NCBI GenBank assembly: GCA_963726745.1
Contig: CAVSDR010000007.1
Span: 32,001-96,000 of the forward strand
DNA from: an uncultured Verrucomicrobiae bacterium
GTDB lineage: Bacteria > Verrucomicrobiota > Verrucomicrobiia > Chthoniobacterales > UBA10450
Direction of reading: 5' to 3'
DNA length: 64,000 bases
The number at the start of each line of letters is the position of its first letter. The first letter of the stretch is position 1. The notes beneath the pieces were generated by a model that made no database searches, had not been told where the DNA came from, and was given only the letters and a program-made list of their open reading frames with translations. Position numbers and translations under genes: made by a program. Below are positions 1 through 9,519 of this stretch, piece by piece.

Positions 1-32
1 CCCGTTGATTCCCGCGAACAACAAAGCGCTGT

Positions 33-962
33 CTATTCCGCGCGTTCGCCAGTGACGTGTGCGTCGAGCGACGGGTCTTTGATCTGCGCGCCGAACAGAA
101 GCATCGCACCAGCTTGGTCGGCCGAGATGGGATCCACTTCCTCCTTGGTCACTTCCGGCTTCGGCCAATGGACGTTCCAAGCGAGGTGAAGCTTCTCGAG
201 CATCCAGATGGTGTAACGGGTGAGATCCAATTCCCACCAGCGGAGGCCGTGCGCCGCGCAGCGGGGCTTCGCGTGGTGATTATTGTGGTACCCCTCGCCG
301 AGCGCCCCAAGACCCACCCAGAAGTTGTTCTTGCTGTGGTCGGTGGTTTCAAAAGTCCGGTAGCCGAACGCCGGCATATGGCAGATGGAATTCACCGCCC
401 ATGTGAAGTTGTAACAGATGAGCATCGGCACGTAGAGGCACCAAAGCAGACCGGCCCAGCCAAGGGTGAAATAAAGCGTCGCCGCTACAAGAAGATGAGG
501 GACAACGTAGAAGTAGGGCTTCTCCCACAGACGGCAGTACCAAATCTTGCGCACATCTGCGGCGTAGCGCAGGGAGCGATCGCGGAAGCCCTCGGGCTTG
601 CGCACCAGCCAGAGCATGTGGGCGTACGGGAAACCATGGATCGGGCTGTGGATGTCTTCATCCGTGTCGGATTTCAAATGGTGGTAACGATGGTCTCCCA
701 CCCACGTGACCGGATCGCCCGAAAGGGCAATGGCCGAGCCCGAGGCCCAGAAAAACTTCAACCAGCCCGGCATTTCGAAGCCGCGATGGGTCAGGTAACG
801 GTGCAAGTAGAGCGTCGTCCCAAGCCCGAACCAAAGGTAAATCCCGAGCATGATCGGGAGAAAGTGCCATTCGAACTGGGTCCAGATAGCGGCCAGCCCG
901 AGCACTTGCAGCCCGATCAGGATGACGAGCAGGGAAAGATTGAGTTTGTCGTTTTTAAACAT
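33..962 (-). CDS. Membrane-bound acyl-CoA/acyl-lipid (delta-9-type) fatty acid desaturase
   Basis: Three His boxes (HRYLTH, HRYHH, HNNHH) plus the NSICH motif and hydrophobic segments. Confidence 0.92.
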   Translation of the reverse strand: MFKNDKLNLSLLVILIGLQVLGLAAIWTQFEWHFLPIMLGIYLWFGLGTTLYLHRYLTHRGFEMPGWLKFFWASGSAIALSGDPVTWVGDHRYHHLKSDTDEDIHSPIHGFPYAHMLWLVRKPEGFRDRSLRYAADVRKIWYCRLWEKPYFYVVPHLLVAATLYFTLGWAGLLWCLYVPMLICYNFTWAVNSICHMPAFGYRTFETTDHSKNNFWVGLGALGEGYHNNHHAKPRCAAHGLRWWELDLTRYTIWMLEKLHLAWNVHWPKPEVTKEEVDPISADQAGAMLLFGAQIKDPSLDAHVTGERAE

Positions 963-1159
963 GGAGCGAGCGGAGTGAACGCGAGACGCCGAAATGGCGG
1001 AGCGAAGAGCGGGAACGTCCGCCGGAATGGCCTCCGCGGCAAGATGTATTTCCCCGCATGGACTCGCGGGCCTGATCTCGCTGCCTAAATCTTTTCGCGC
1101 GCGCGGAGTGATTCCGCATGCAGAGGCCCTCCCCGCGTGTTACAGACACCTCCGCTGCG

Positions 1160-1236
1160 CGGGGTGTAGCTTAGCTTGGTAGAGCGCCTGGTTTGGGACC
1201 AGGAGGTCGCAGGTTCGAATCCTGTCACCCCGACCA
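1160..1236 (+). tRNA. tRNA-Pro(TGG)
   Basis: Acceptor stem CGGGGTG/CACCCCG, anticodon stem CCTGG/CCAGG with loop TTTGGGA, T-loop GGTTCGAATCC, encoded CCA end. Confidence 0.97.
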
Positions 1237-1254
1237 TTTATCGAGCGCACGTTC

Positions 1255-1860
1255 ATGAAATTGCTCCTTTCCGTCTGCGTGTCGTCGCTTTTAATCAGCG
1301 CGCTACACGCGCAGGAATCCGTCCTGCCGCAGGGCGCAGCCACGCCCGCCACGGCTCCCGCAAATACCCCAGCTCCCACAGCGCCGCCCTTGCTTGCGCC
1401 GGACATCTTGCCGCTTCCGGCCACCAAAGCCACTCCGCCGGCCGACCTGCCGAGCATTCCGCAGCTGGACCAGGCCTTTCAGCAAAACCCGCTCAACTCC
1501 ACCACGGAGCAATACCGCCAGCGAATCGAGTATCGGAAACTTCGCAATGCGGTAGCGAATGATCCTGCTTTGAAAACCGCGCTCCGCCGAGCCCAGGCCG
1601 CTCGGGCGGATCTCGAGAAGCGCCAACTTTTGCGCGACTACTACGAACTTTATTTCAACCGCGTTTCCGGCCTCGCCGCGACACCGGAGATGAAAGCGTA
1701 TGTGGCCGCCCGCAAGGCCGAGCAGCTCGCCGGTTTGGCGCAACCGCACGTGCGCCCGGAGCTTTCGATGACGCCGCGTCCGGTCAAGACGGTGGCAATC
1801 GCACCACCGCCTGAGCCCGCCCTGCCAGCTGCCGAAGAGCACCCCTCCCCGAAGCGCTGA
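1255..1860 (+). CDS. Hypothetical secreted Pro/Ala-rich protein
   Basis: ATG start, signal-peptide-like N-terminus (…SALHA/QE), Pro-rich linkers around a helical core. It fills the gap between the two tRNAs. Confidence 0.75.
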   Translation: MKLLLSVCVSSLLISALHAQESVLPQGAATPATAPANTPAPTAPPLLAPDILPLPATKATPPADLPSIPQLDQAFQQNPLNSTTEQYRQRIEYRKLRNAVANDPALKTALRRAQAARADLEKRQLLRDYYELYFNRVSGLAATPEMKAYVAARKAEQLAGLAQPHVRPELSMTPRPVKTVAIAPPPEPALPAAEEHPSPKR

Positions 1861-1873
1861 GACAAAGGGGGAC

Positions 1874-1901
1874 TTGCCGACTTCAGCGGGCCCGCTACAC
1901 T
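1874..1901 (+). promoter_or_regulatory. Candidate sigma-70 promoter for tRNA-Glu
   Basis: TTGCCG-N16-TACACT ending 13 bp before the tRNA 5' end. Confidence 0.5.
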
Positions 1902-1914
1902 CCGCAGCGACGAA

Positions 1915-1989
1915 GGCGCGTTCGTCTAATGGTTAGGACGGAGCCCTCTCAAGGCTCAAATACGGGTTCGATCCCCGTACGCGCTGCCA
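1915..1989 (+). tRNA. tRNA-Glu(CTC)
   Basis: Acceptor stem GGCGCGT/ACGCGCT, anticodon stem GAGCC/GGCTC with loop CTCTCAA, T-loop GGTTCGATCCC, encoded CCA end. Confidence 0.96.
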
Positions 1990-2008
1990 TCGCCTTCGCG
2001 CCGGCTCC

Positions 2009-3250
2009 CTAGAAGCTGTAATTCAACCCGCCGTAGTAGCGCGCGCGGCCGTAGTCTCGACCGTTGAAGTCCGAGGAAACCTGCGTGTAGTGGCTTCCCG
2101 CGCTGGCCGACCACCGGGGCGAAATCGCATAGGTCAAGTCGCCGCCAATATCGAAGGACTGCTCGGTAAAGGAAGGGAACTGAAAAAAGGAAATCTTCCG
2201 CCCCTCGTTCTGATCGTTGTTGTAGTAGGCCGCGAGAGTCCCGCTGATGCGCGGGGTCAGACCGAAGCGCATCTGCAGTCCCGTGCTGAAGCTGGTGCGG
2301 CTGGAGGCGAAGATGCTGTTGGAATCGGCTTTCGAGTAACGCGCATTCCAACTCACGGAGGTTCTCTCGCCGATGGCATAGCTCAAGGAGGCTTCGCCGT
2401 AGGGCGTGAAGGTATCTTCGCTTTGGTCGCTGGAGCGAAGCTCCGCCCCCCCACGAATCGAGCCCTGCAAGTGCGGCCCGATCGTGTGGTCGATGCCGAT
2501 GAGGAAAAACTGGGCAAACGAATCCTGGCCGTCGCCTTGATACTGCGAAACGCTCAACCGGTAATCGCCGACGATCGTCGTCACTGGAAGCAGGAGGAAG
2601 CGAAATTGCTGGGCAAAGCCGTGATCCCAACGGTTCAGAAATTGCCCGACAGCGTCGTCGTCGTAGCGAACGACATTGAGCGTGTAGGTCGTCACCGTGG
2701 AGAAGCGCTCATACCAGGCATAAGAGGCGGAAAGCGAATCGGCCGTGGTGAAATAGTTTCCGCTGCGCCGGTTCTCGCCCAGACCAAGCGCAAAATCCGG
2801 TTCGATCCCGTAACGGAGGTAGACCGCCGAGTTGAGCGTCAACCGCGGACTGATGTCGTGCGCGAGGCTAAACTGCAGGCCCAGGTTCGGGTCGTATTGA
2901 AAGCCGCCATCCTCTCCATTGTCGTAGTAGGTCACGGAGGCGCTCGTGGAGATATTGCCGCGCGTGCGCTCAGTCCCGAAGGGATAGCTCAGGCTTAGCG
3001 AGGCCGAACTGTAGAAGGAATTCTGCTGCGCGATGTCGCTCGTGCCGACATTGGTATCGTAACCGGCGTTGACCGAAACAGTGACTTTCACCGGTAGCCG
3101 TTCCAGCGCGACCACCTGTGTCTCTCCGGAACCAGAAGCGGTGAAAACCTGCACGGCGGGACCGTCGGTTTGCGCTTCAAGCACACTGCCGCCGAAACCG
3201 ATTGTCCCGATGGCCAAAACAGAGCAAAAAAAGCGAAATATTTTAAGCAT
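2009..3250 (-). CDS. Outer-membrane beta-barrel protein, EPS/PEP-CTERM-associated type
   Basis: Signal peptide from ATG 3250 (MLKIFRFF…LEA/Q), alternating aromatic/Ser/Thr amphipathic strands, C-terminal YYGGLNYSF beta-signal. The ORF extends to 3307. Confidence 0.85.
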   Translation of the reverse strand: MLKIFRFFCSVLAIGTIGFGGSVLEAQTDGPAVQVFTASGSGETQVVALERLPVKVTVSVNAGYDTNVGTSDIAQQNSFYSSASLSLSYPFGTERTRGNISTSASVTYYDNGEDGGFQYDPNLGLQFSLAHDISPRLTLNSAVYLRYGIEPDFALGLGENRRSGNYFTTADSLSASYAWYERFSTVTTYTLNVVRYDDDAVGQFLNRWDHGFAQQFRFLLLPVTTIVGDYRLSVSQYQGDGQDSFAQFFLIGIDHTIGPHLQGSIRGGAELRSSDQSEDTFTPYGEASLSYAIGERTSVSWNARYSKADSNSIFASSRTSFSTGLQMRFGLTPRISGTLAAYYNNDQNEGRKISFFQFPSFTEQSFDIGGDLTYAISPRWSASAGSHYTQVSSDFNGRDYGRARYYGGLNYSF

Positions 3251-3376
3251 TGGCCGCGCCCATAGAGCCACGCGCAGGCTAAAATCACAAGAAGATTTGG
3301 GGCGCATGACGGGGTAGAAAATGCTGGCTCGAACGGCACTGGGAAAAGATCGGCTGCTTCGCTCCGCGAGGCTTCC

Positions 3377-3392
3377 AGCAGAGCATATGCCA
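3377..3392 (-). promoter_or_regulatory. Candidate sigma-54 (-24/-12) promoter for the beta-barrel gene
   Basis: Minus strand reads TGGCATATGCTCTGCT (GG-N10-GC), intergenic and correctly oriented. Confidence 0.6.
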
Positions 3393-3405
3393 GCGCTGCC
3401 CAGAC

Positions 3406-3957
3406 TTAGAGACCGCGGCGCAGATCGGTGGCTAAAACCACCGGCGTTGGCAACTCCGTCTCGACGGAGCGACCCAGGAACTCGAGTAGCACCCGCACCC
3501 GTTCTTTGGCCGGCAAGACGCGCGTGACCAAAGCCTGCAAGCCTTGGAAAGGACCGCCGGTGATTTGAACTTCATCGCCGACTCGTATTTCCGGATCGAT
3601 CGTGATGATCTCCTGCTGCCCCGCAGTCTCCTTGAGGGCTGCCACCAGTGCCGGATCCAGCGTCGCGATTTGTTCCCCGAAGCGGAGGATCTTGTGAATC
3701 CCATGGGAATGCTCGGCCGCGCGGTGCTGGGTAGCGAAAACGAAGCGTCCGAAAAGATAACCGGGGAACATCGCTTCCACATACCAAATCTGCCCGCGCT
3801 GGGTGAGCTTGCGGAAGCGAAGACGGGGTGAAAAAGCCTCAATTTGCAGCTGTCGGCGGAGCGCTTCCGCCGCTAAATGTTCACGTTTCGGCGCTGCCTT
3901 GAGGCAGAACCAGAGCGGCTCCTCGATCTGGTTCAGCTGGGACAAGGAAAAAGTCAT
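3406..3957 (-). CDS. NusG-family specialised antiterminator (RfaH/UpxY/LoaP-like)
   Basis: NGN domain (WFCLKAAPKRE…MFPGYLF) and KOW motif (GDEVQITGGPFQG…RVRVLLEFLGR). It is not in a secE/rplK context, so it is a paralogue rather than housekeeping NusG. Confidence 0.9.
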   Translation of the reverse strand: MTFSLSQLNQIEEPLWFCLKAAPKREHLAAEALRRQLQIEAFSPRLRFRKLTQRGQIWYVEAMFPGYLFGRFVFATQHRAAEHSHGIHKILRFGEQIATLDPALVAALKETAGQQEIITIDPEIRVGDEVQITGGPFQGLQALVTRVLPAKERVRVLLEFLGRSVETELPTPVVLATDLRRGL

Positions 3958-4083
3958 GTTCGAGGGAATTGGCTGAAAGACCGCGGGACAAAACCCGGCT
4001 GAGGGTTGTCTGAAGCGAGCCGCCCCTGCAAACCTTTTTCTCCAGGAGCAGGAGGCATCAAATAAATCCGGGCCTCAAGGCAC

Positions 4084-4114
4084 AAAAAAACCGGGCGGGA
4101 TAATCCCGCCCGGT
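4084..4114 (-). terminator. Rho-independent terminator after the VPDSG-CTERM gene
   Basis: Perfect stem CCGGGCGGGA-TTA-TCCCGCCCGG followed by T7 on the minus strand, ~20 bp past the stop codon. Confidence 0.9.
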
Positions 4115-4135
4115 CTTTGACGAAAGATTCGCGGC

Positions 4136-4723
4136 TTACCGCTTGCGGAACTTGCGGCGAAGTGTTTCCACTCCCGCCAGACCGAGTCCGAGGAGGCAAA
4201 CCGTAGCGCCACCGTCAGGAATCGCCTGGGTGCCGGCAGAGAAGGTGAACGCGGGATTCGGACCGCCCGAAGAAGGATCGTTCGCGGTGAACGTCCAAGT
4301 GCCAGACGTTGGCGTAAAACCGTTCCCGGTGATCACACCCATGCCGCTCACTGCAACGAAACCCGGACCTTGAGCAACGATCGATGAAAAGCTCAGATTA
4401 AACACGAAACCACCGACCGACCAAAAACCGGTAACCGCGCCCGAGTTAAAATTCCAAGGCGAAGCAAAACTGGCGATCGTCGAGGCGGGAATCCCGCTAA
4501 AGCTGCCGGAACTCGTCGTCACGAAAGGCGCGCCAGCTCCATTGAAGCCTGACCAGGAGGTCACCTGAGTCGCCGTGGCCGGGGTGCCGTTCAGTCGCAC
4601 CGTGCCCCCAAACGTGATGCTGCCAGTAACCGGGACAGCACTCGCAATGCTGCTAAAGCCGCAGAGCAAGAGACCTGCAACGCCGACGCTAAGCAATTTC
4701 CCGACGATTCTGTTTTTGTTCAT
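4136..4723 (-). CDS. VPDSG-CTERM (PEP-CTERM-type) sorted surface protein
   Basis: Signal peptide (MNKNRIV…ASA/VP), Ser/Thr/Gly-rich body, C-terminal IPDGGAT + transmembrane helix + RRKFRKR. Confidence 0.92.
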   Translation of the reverse strand: MNKNRIVGKLLSVGVAGLLLCGFSSIASAVPVTGSITFGGTVRLNGTPATATQVTSWSGFNGAGAPFVTTSSGSFSGIPASTIASFASPWNFNSGAVTGFWSVGGFVFNLSFSSIVAQGPGFVAVSGMGVITGNGFTPTSGTWTFTANDPSSGGPNPAFTFSAGTQAIPDGGATVCLLGLGLAGVETLRRKFRKR

Positions 4724-4759
4724 TTGTTTTCCCGTAAGCACCGATTCGCAAACACTATT

Positions 4760-4775
4760 AGCACTCTGGATGCCA
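4760..4775 (-). promoter_or_regulatory. Sigma-54 (-24/-12) promoter of the VPDSG-CTERM gene
   Basis: Minus strand reads TGGCATCCAGAGTGCT (GG-N10-GC), 36 bp upstream of the ATG. A sigma-54 activator (PrsR) is encoded nearby. Confidence 0.75.
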
Positions 4776-4872
4776 CCGCTGGGAGAGCATACGCAAGTGG
4801 CAACTATGGAGCAGTTTAAAGTTTTCTCTCATTTTAGATTTACGGCAGAGACCGTGTTTTCGTGCTGCAATG

Positions 4873-4889
4873 TGTTAAGAATTCCGACA
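4873..4889. promoter_or_regulatory. Candidate PrsR enhancer site
   Basis: TGT-TAAGAATTCCG-ACA (TGT-N11-ACA) ~100 bp upstream of the -24 element, with an AT-rich tract in between. Confidence 0.5.
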
Positions 4890-4890
4890 A

Positions 4891-7800
4891 CTACTCCGCC
4901 GCCGCTTCCGCGATAGCTTGCCGCGCTTCCTCCGCCTGCGGCTCCTGCAAACCATCGGCCAAGGCCTTCTTCAAGGTGGCTAACCCCTGGTCCTGCTGCT
5001 TCGCCCCGATCTGCGCCATCCCCAAGTAGTATAGGCCTAGCGGATCGAGCGGCTGTTTGCGAGCACTCTGTTGGAGTTGCTGCACCGCCGGCGCAAACTC
5101 TTTCCGCTGGAAACTGATCTCCCCCAGGATTCTGCTGAGCGCGGCATCGTCCGAAAGCGTTTTACGGGCTTTTGTGGCCAGCTCCTGCGCCTTCGTCAGC
5201 ATGGCCGGATCTTCGACGTAAATCCCAGCCAAATCCCGCTGCGCGGGGGCGAAGTCCGGAAAGCGCGCGAGAATGCGACCGTAGATTTCCGCCGCTGCTT
5301 TTGCATCGGCTTTCCTTTCACTTGCAGCACGCACCATAAGCGCAGGGACGTCTTCGGGGTCCGACTCAAGTCGCTGTCTAACCGCCGGATCGTCAAGGGA
5401 GTGCGCCGAGGGCTGCTCCACGAGTTCGCCGAAAGTTTTCGCATCGGCTGCGAGCGGCGAATCCGGCTCCAGGCTGGCGACCTTCTCCATCGCGTCGGCG
5501 GCCTCGCGGATCTTCCCAAGGCTGTAGGCTGCCCAGGCGTATTGATGCTGGAGCGTGGCATCATCCGGAGACTGGCGCACGCTCTCTTGCAGGAGACTGT
5601 GCGCCCAAGTGAAATTTCCGTTCTGGTAAGCGACCCGCCCGAGCACGCTCGCGACTTGCGGATCCCTCGGCGCCAGCTCCCGCGCTTTCTTGGCCCACTC
5701 CAAAGCTTTCTCTTGGTTGTGCAATGGCCCGCTGTGCAACTCGACCAGCTTTACCGCCGCAGCGACGAGTTTGGGATTGATCTTCAAGACCGCCTCGTAG
5801 GCCGCCACGGCTTTCGCCGGCTCGCCTTTGCGCTCGTAGGTTTCAGCCAATCGGGTGGCTGTTACGAGATCGTTTGGTTGCTTGCGCAGCGCCTCTTCGA
5901 GGTCCTCGGGCGTGACCGATTCCGGCAAGGCTCCGCCCTGCTCGATATTGGCCAGGCGCTGCCGCGCGTCCTCTTTGCCCTCGAACTCCGCGGGCGCCGC
6001 GACCGCCTGCCCGAGGGCTTTGCGAGCCAGGTCCTTGTCGCCCATCATGTAAGCGGTCATCCCGAGGTGGAATTGCACCTCGGGCACATCCGGCAGTTTC
6101 CCCGCGGCTTCCTGCAGCAACCCGATCGCCTGCTGATAATCGCCCGCACGATAGAGCGCCCAGCCGAGCGTGTCGGCCACTGAACCATCGGTCGGTTGCA
6201 AAGTTCGCGCTTTGCGCGCCGTTTCCACCGCCTGCTGCGGGAGGTTCAACCGCTCCGAGTAAAGGTAGGCCAGATTGTTTAACGCCGGGGCCGCATCCGG
6301 CTTGATCGCGAGCAATTTCTCGTAGGCTTCGCGAGCTTTCTCGTAATTCTTCATCTTCTCCTGCGTCATCCCGAGCATCAGCAGCATCGGAGTGTTATTC
6401 GGCGACTTCGCGACCACTTTCTCGAGTTCCGCGACCGCCTCCGGCAACCGCTCGGTCGCCATGTAGGCGGCGGTCAGGAGCTCGTAAGCCGTGGTCAAGT
6501 TGCCGTCTAATTCCAGCGCCTTACGCAGCGCTGCTTCGGCCTCGGGGATTTGCTCCTGCGCCAGATGGATTTTTCCCTTCGCGAGGTACATCGCGGCGGA
6601 ATTGGGATATTTCTCGATCTGCTGCTGCGCGGTTTGCAAAGCGCCGGCAAAATCCTTTCGCGCGGTCTGCACCGCGATCAACTGCTCGGCGGCCATCGTG
6701 CTCGACGGCATCAACTCAAGCGCTTTCTCCAGCGCTGCCTGCGCTTCTTCGAGCTTGTTCTGTTGCGCCAGAATGATCCCGAGCCCGAGATGCGCCGAGG
6801 CCGATTGACGCGGATCGGCGATCTGCTGGCGGAAAATTTCCACCGCCTGGTCGAGCTTGCCGAGCCCGCGGTAGCCATCCACCAGGAGGAGCTGCGCGCG
6901 GGGCAATTGCGGGGCCTTCTTGACCAGGTCTTCCATCGCGTTCACCACCGCCTGGAAGTCGCCATTGCGCAGGTTAATCTCCGCCAGGAGCAGCACCGCA
7001 TCGTGCAAATTCGGGTTCTCCGAAATTAACTGATTCAAGACCGCGCTCGCGCCGGGCAGATCGTTATTCAACATCTGCGCGCGGGCCAGCTCCAGCTGGA
7101 TCGCCGGGACCTTGGGGTAGATTTTGTCCAGGCGTTGCAGGTTTTGCACTGCCTTGGCGGCGTCGCCCATGGCGATCAAAACCTGCGCCTCAAGCAGCCG
7201 CACTTCCGGGTTATCCGGGTCGAGCGCGAGCGCCTGCTGGATCGATTTCATGGCCTCGTCGTTCCGGCGCTGTGCGAAATCCATTTGCGCCAGCGCCCGC
7301 CAGGCGGGGATTAAATCCGGCGCCTGCGCCAGCACTCCGCGAAGGTATTCCATCGCCCCTGCCGGATCGCCCGCGTTCGCTTGGAATTCGGCAAACTTCA
7401 GCCGCTCGGGCGAACGCGCGGACGCGAGTTCCGCGGCCTGCTGGAACTCCGGGCCGGCCTTCGCAAAATCGCGCCGCAGCATCTGCAAGCCCGCCATCGC
7501 GGAATGCGCCAGGGGCAGTTTTGGATCGAGCGCCTGCGCCTCCCGCAACGCCGCCTCGGCCGCGGGCGCGTCTCCTTTGCGCAGGGCCAGCGAAGCGATC
7601 GCCACCTGGTAGCGCGCGTTCTCCTTGTTTGGGAATTTCTGCAATGCCTCCTCGAGCAAACCCAAATCTTCCGGCCGCCAGATGGTGTCCGCTAAAAGGA
7701 CCAGCGCCTCGGCGTTATCCGGCTGCAGTTGCAAGGCCGCGAGAACGTCCTGTTGCGCGCTGGCAATGTCGCCGACGGCCGCGAAAACCCGCGCCATTTT

Positions 7801-8106
7801 CATCCGCACTTCCGGGTCTTTCGGCGCCAACTCTTTCGCGCGTGCGAAGAACGGCCCAGCCCGCAGCGGCGCCCCCTGCTCCATCCACATCGAACCGATT
7901 GCCTTGAAGGCGGCAAGATTCTGCGGGTCCGACCGCAAAACGTTGAGATATTCAATCTTCGCCTTCTCGAAATTTCCTTCCTTGAGGAAACTTTCCGCGC
8001 GGCGCTGGTGGCGCGCCCTCCGCATCTCCGCGGTGCAACCCACTGCGCAGACGCTCACTAGCAAGAGCGCGACCAATGGAATGCCGTGTTTTCGCACCTT
8101 CGTCAT
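4891..8106 (-). CDS. prsT: TPR-repeat lipoprotein, PrsT-like
   Basis: Lipobox-like AVGC, TPR repeats over the whole length (e.g. ALNNLAYLY, DTLGWALY), immediately downstream of prsK-prsR. Confidence 0.85.
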   Translation of the reverse strand: MTKVRKHGIPLVALLLVSVCAVGCTAEMRRARHQRRAESFLKEGNFEKAKIEYLNVLRSDPQNLAAFKAIGSMWMEQGAPLRAGPFFARAKELAPKDPEVRMKMARVFAAVGDIASAQQDVLAALQLQPDNAEALVLLADTIWRPEDLGLLEEALQKFPNKENARYQVAIASLALRKGDAPAAEAALREAQALDPKLPLAHSAMAGLQMLRRDFAKAGPEFQQAAELASARSPERLKFAEFQANAGDPAGAMEYLRGVLAQAPDLIPAWRALAQMDFAQRRNDEAMKSIQQALALDPDNPEVRLLEAQVLIAMGDAAKAVQNLQRLDKIYPKVPAIQLELARAQMLNNDLPGASAVLNQLISENPNLHDAVLLLAEINLRNGDFQAVVNAMEDLVKKAPQLPRAQLLLVDGYRGLGKLDQAVEIFRQQIADPRQSASAHLGLGIILAQQNKLEEAQAALEKALELMPSSTMAAEQLIAVQTARKDFAGALQTAQQQIEKYPNSAAMYLAKGKIHLAQEQIPEAEAALRKALELDGNLTTAYELLTAAYMATERLPEAVAELEKVVAKSPNNTPMLLMLGMTQEKMKNYEKAREAYEKLLAIKPDAAPALNNLAYLYSERLNLPQQAVETARKARTLQPTDGSVADTLGWALYRAGDYQQAIGLLQEAAGKLPDVPEVQFHLGMTAYMMGDKDLARKALGQAVAAPAEFEGKEDARQRLANIEQGGALPESVTPEDLEEALRKQPNDLVTATRLAETYERKGEPAKAVAAYEAVLKINPKLVAAAVKLVELHSGPLHNQEKALEWAKKARELAPRDPQVASVLGRVAYQNGNFTWAHSLLQESVRQSPDDATLQHQYAWAAYSLGKIREAADAMEKVASLEPDSPLAADAKTFGELVEQPSAHSLDDPAVRQRLESDPEDVPALMVRAASERKADAKAAAEIYGRILARFPDFAPAQRDLAGIYVEDPAMLTKAQELATKARKTLSDDAALSRILGEISFQRKEFAPAVQQLQQSARKQPLDPLGLYYLGMAQIGAKQQDQGLATLKKALADGLQEPQAEEARQAIAEAAAE

Positions 8107-8148
8107 ACTTCGAGATACGGAAATCGGCCCCGTTAGGCCAGACCAACT

Positions 8149-9519
8149 TTAGCCAGCGACTTCCGAAGACTTCTTCGGGATGCCGAGTTTTTCCATCAAC
8201 TCGTAGAGCGTCGGGCGGCTGATGCCGAGCTCCGCCGCGGCCGAGCTGATGCGCCCGAGATGACGCTGCAACGTTTGCTGCACCAGTTCCTTTTCCACGT
8301 TCTCGCGCGCTTCGCGCAAGGTCAGGCTGGGCGAGCCGCCGCGGGTGTCGTTTAACTCCAGATCCGTCTCGGTGATCCGCCGGCTATCGGCCATGATCAC
8401 CGCGCGTTTGATCCGGTTTTGCAGCTCGCGCACGTTTCCCGGCCAGGGGTGGCAATTGATCGCGCGCAAAGCTTCCGGCGCGAAGGTCAGGTTTGTCTTC
8501 CCGTTCTGCACCGCGTAACGCTGGAGGAATTCCCGCGCGAGCACGCCGGTGTCTTCACCCCGTTCGCGCAACGGCGGAAGCTTGATCACGACCACCGCCA
8601 GCCGGAAATACAGGTCCTCGCGAAATTTCCCGTCCGTGATCGCTTGCTGCAGGTCGACGTTCGTCGCCGCGATCACGCGCGCGTCGCTCACCATCTCCTG
8701 CCGCCCGCCCACGCGCGAGAAGCGCTGCTCCTGGAGAAAGCGGAGCAATTTAACCTGCACATTCGACGGCAGCTCCCCGATCTCGTCGAGGAATAACGAG
8801 CCGCCCGCCGCGGTTTCAATCAACCCTTTCCGCTGCATGTGCGCGCCGGTGAAGGCGCCTTTCTCGTGGCCAAAAAGTTCGCTCTCGAGCAGATTTTCCG
8901 GGATCGCGTTGCAATTGATCGCGATGAACGGCCCATCCTTCCGCGGGCTGCGCCGATGGATCGCAAGCGCCGCCATCTCCTTCCCGGTCCCGCTTTCGCC
9001 GAGCAATAAAACCGGCGCGCTCGCGGCCGCGACCTTGCGGATAAAGGAAAACACGCCCTGCATCTGCGAGCTCGCCCCGATCATCTCCTCGAAGGTGTCG
9101 CCGCGGGAATTTGCCTGCAGCTTGCGATACTCCGCTTCCAGCTCGGCCACGTAAATGCAGCGACGCAGGAGGAGCTTCAGCTCGTCCATTTCCACCGGCT
9201 TGCAGAGGAAGTCGTAGGCGCCGGCGCCCACCGCCTCGAGCGCGTTTTTCTTGTCACCCTGCCCGCTGATCACGATCACCTTGGCCGCGCTGTCGAGCGT
9301 GAGAATGTCGCCTAAAGTGGCGAGCCCTTCCTCGATCTCGTTTGGCTTCGGCGGCAAGCCCAAGTCGAGCAACACCGCCACCGGTTTGTGTTCGCGGAAG
9401 CCTTGCACGGCCGAGATCCGATCCTCGGCGAAGACCACCTCGTAGTCGGCCGCGAGGGCCCACTTCATCTGCGTGCGGATTTCCTCGTCGTCGTCGACGA
9501 TCAAGAGCGTGGCTTTCAT
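8149..9519 (-). CDS. prsR: Sigma-54-dependent response regulator of the PEP-CTERM system
   Basis: Receiver domain (LLDLGLPP), AAA+ domain with GESGTGKE and [16 protein letters not shown], Fis-type HTH (LGISRPTLY). Confidence 0.93.
   Translation of the reverse strand: MKATLLIVDDDEEIRTQMKWALAADYEVVFAEDRISAVQGFREHKPVAVLLDLGLPPKPNEIEEGLATLGDILTLDSAAKVIVISGQGDKKNALEAVGAGAYDFLCKPVEMDELKLLLRRCIYVAELEAEYRKLQANSRGDTFEEMIGASSQMQGVFSFIRKVAAASAPVLLLGESGTGKEMAALAIHRRSPRKDGPFIAINCNAIPENLLESELFGHEKGAFTGAHMQRKGLIETAAGGSLFLDEIGELPSNVQVKLLRFLQEQRFSRVGGRQEMVSDARVIAATNVDLQQAITDGKFREDLYFRLAVVVIKLPPLRERGEDTGVLAREFLQRYAVQNGKTNLTFAPEALRAINCHPWPGNVRELQNRIKRAVIMADSRRITETDLELNDTRGGSPSLTLREARENVEKELVQQTLQRHLGRISSAAAELGISRPTLYELMEKLGIPKKSSEVAG

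Noticed and set aside
57..1088. 343-aa plus-strand ORF, and similar long antisense ORFs (2090..2998, 5071..6183, 28890..29843, 54055..54987, 56657..57613)
   Set aside because: Shadow ORFs opposite well-supported genes, expected in GC-rich DNA; no recognisable motifs.
1140..1562. ORFs containing GRGDRIRTCDLLVPNQ / WDQEVAGSNPVTP
   Set aside because: These are translations of the tRNA-Pro sequence.
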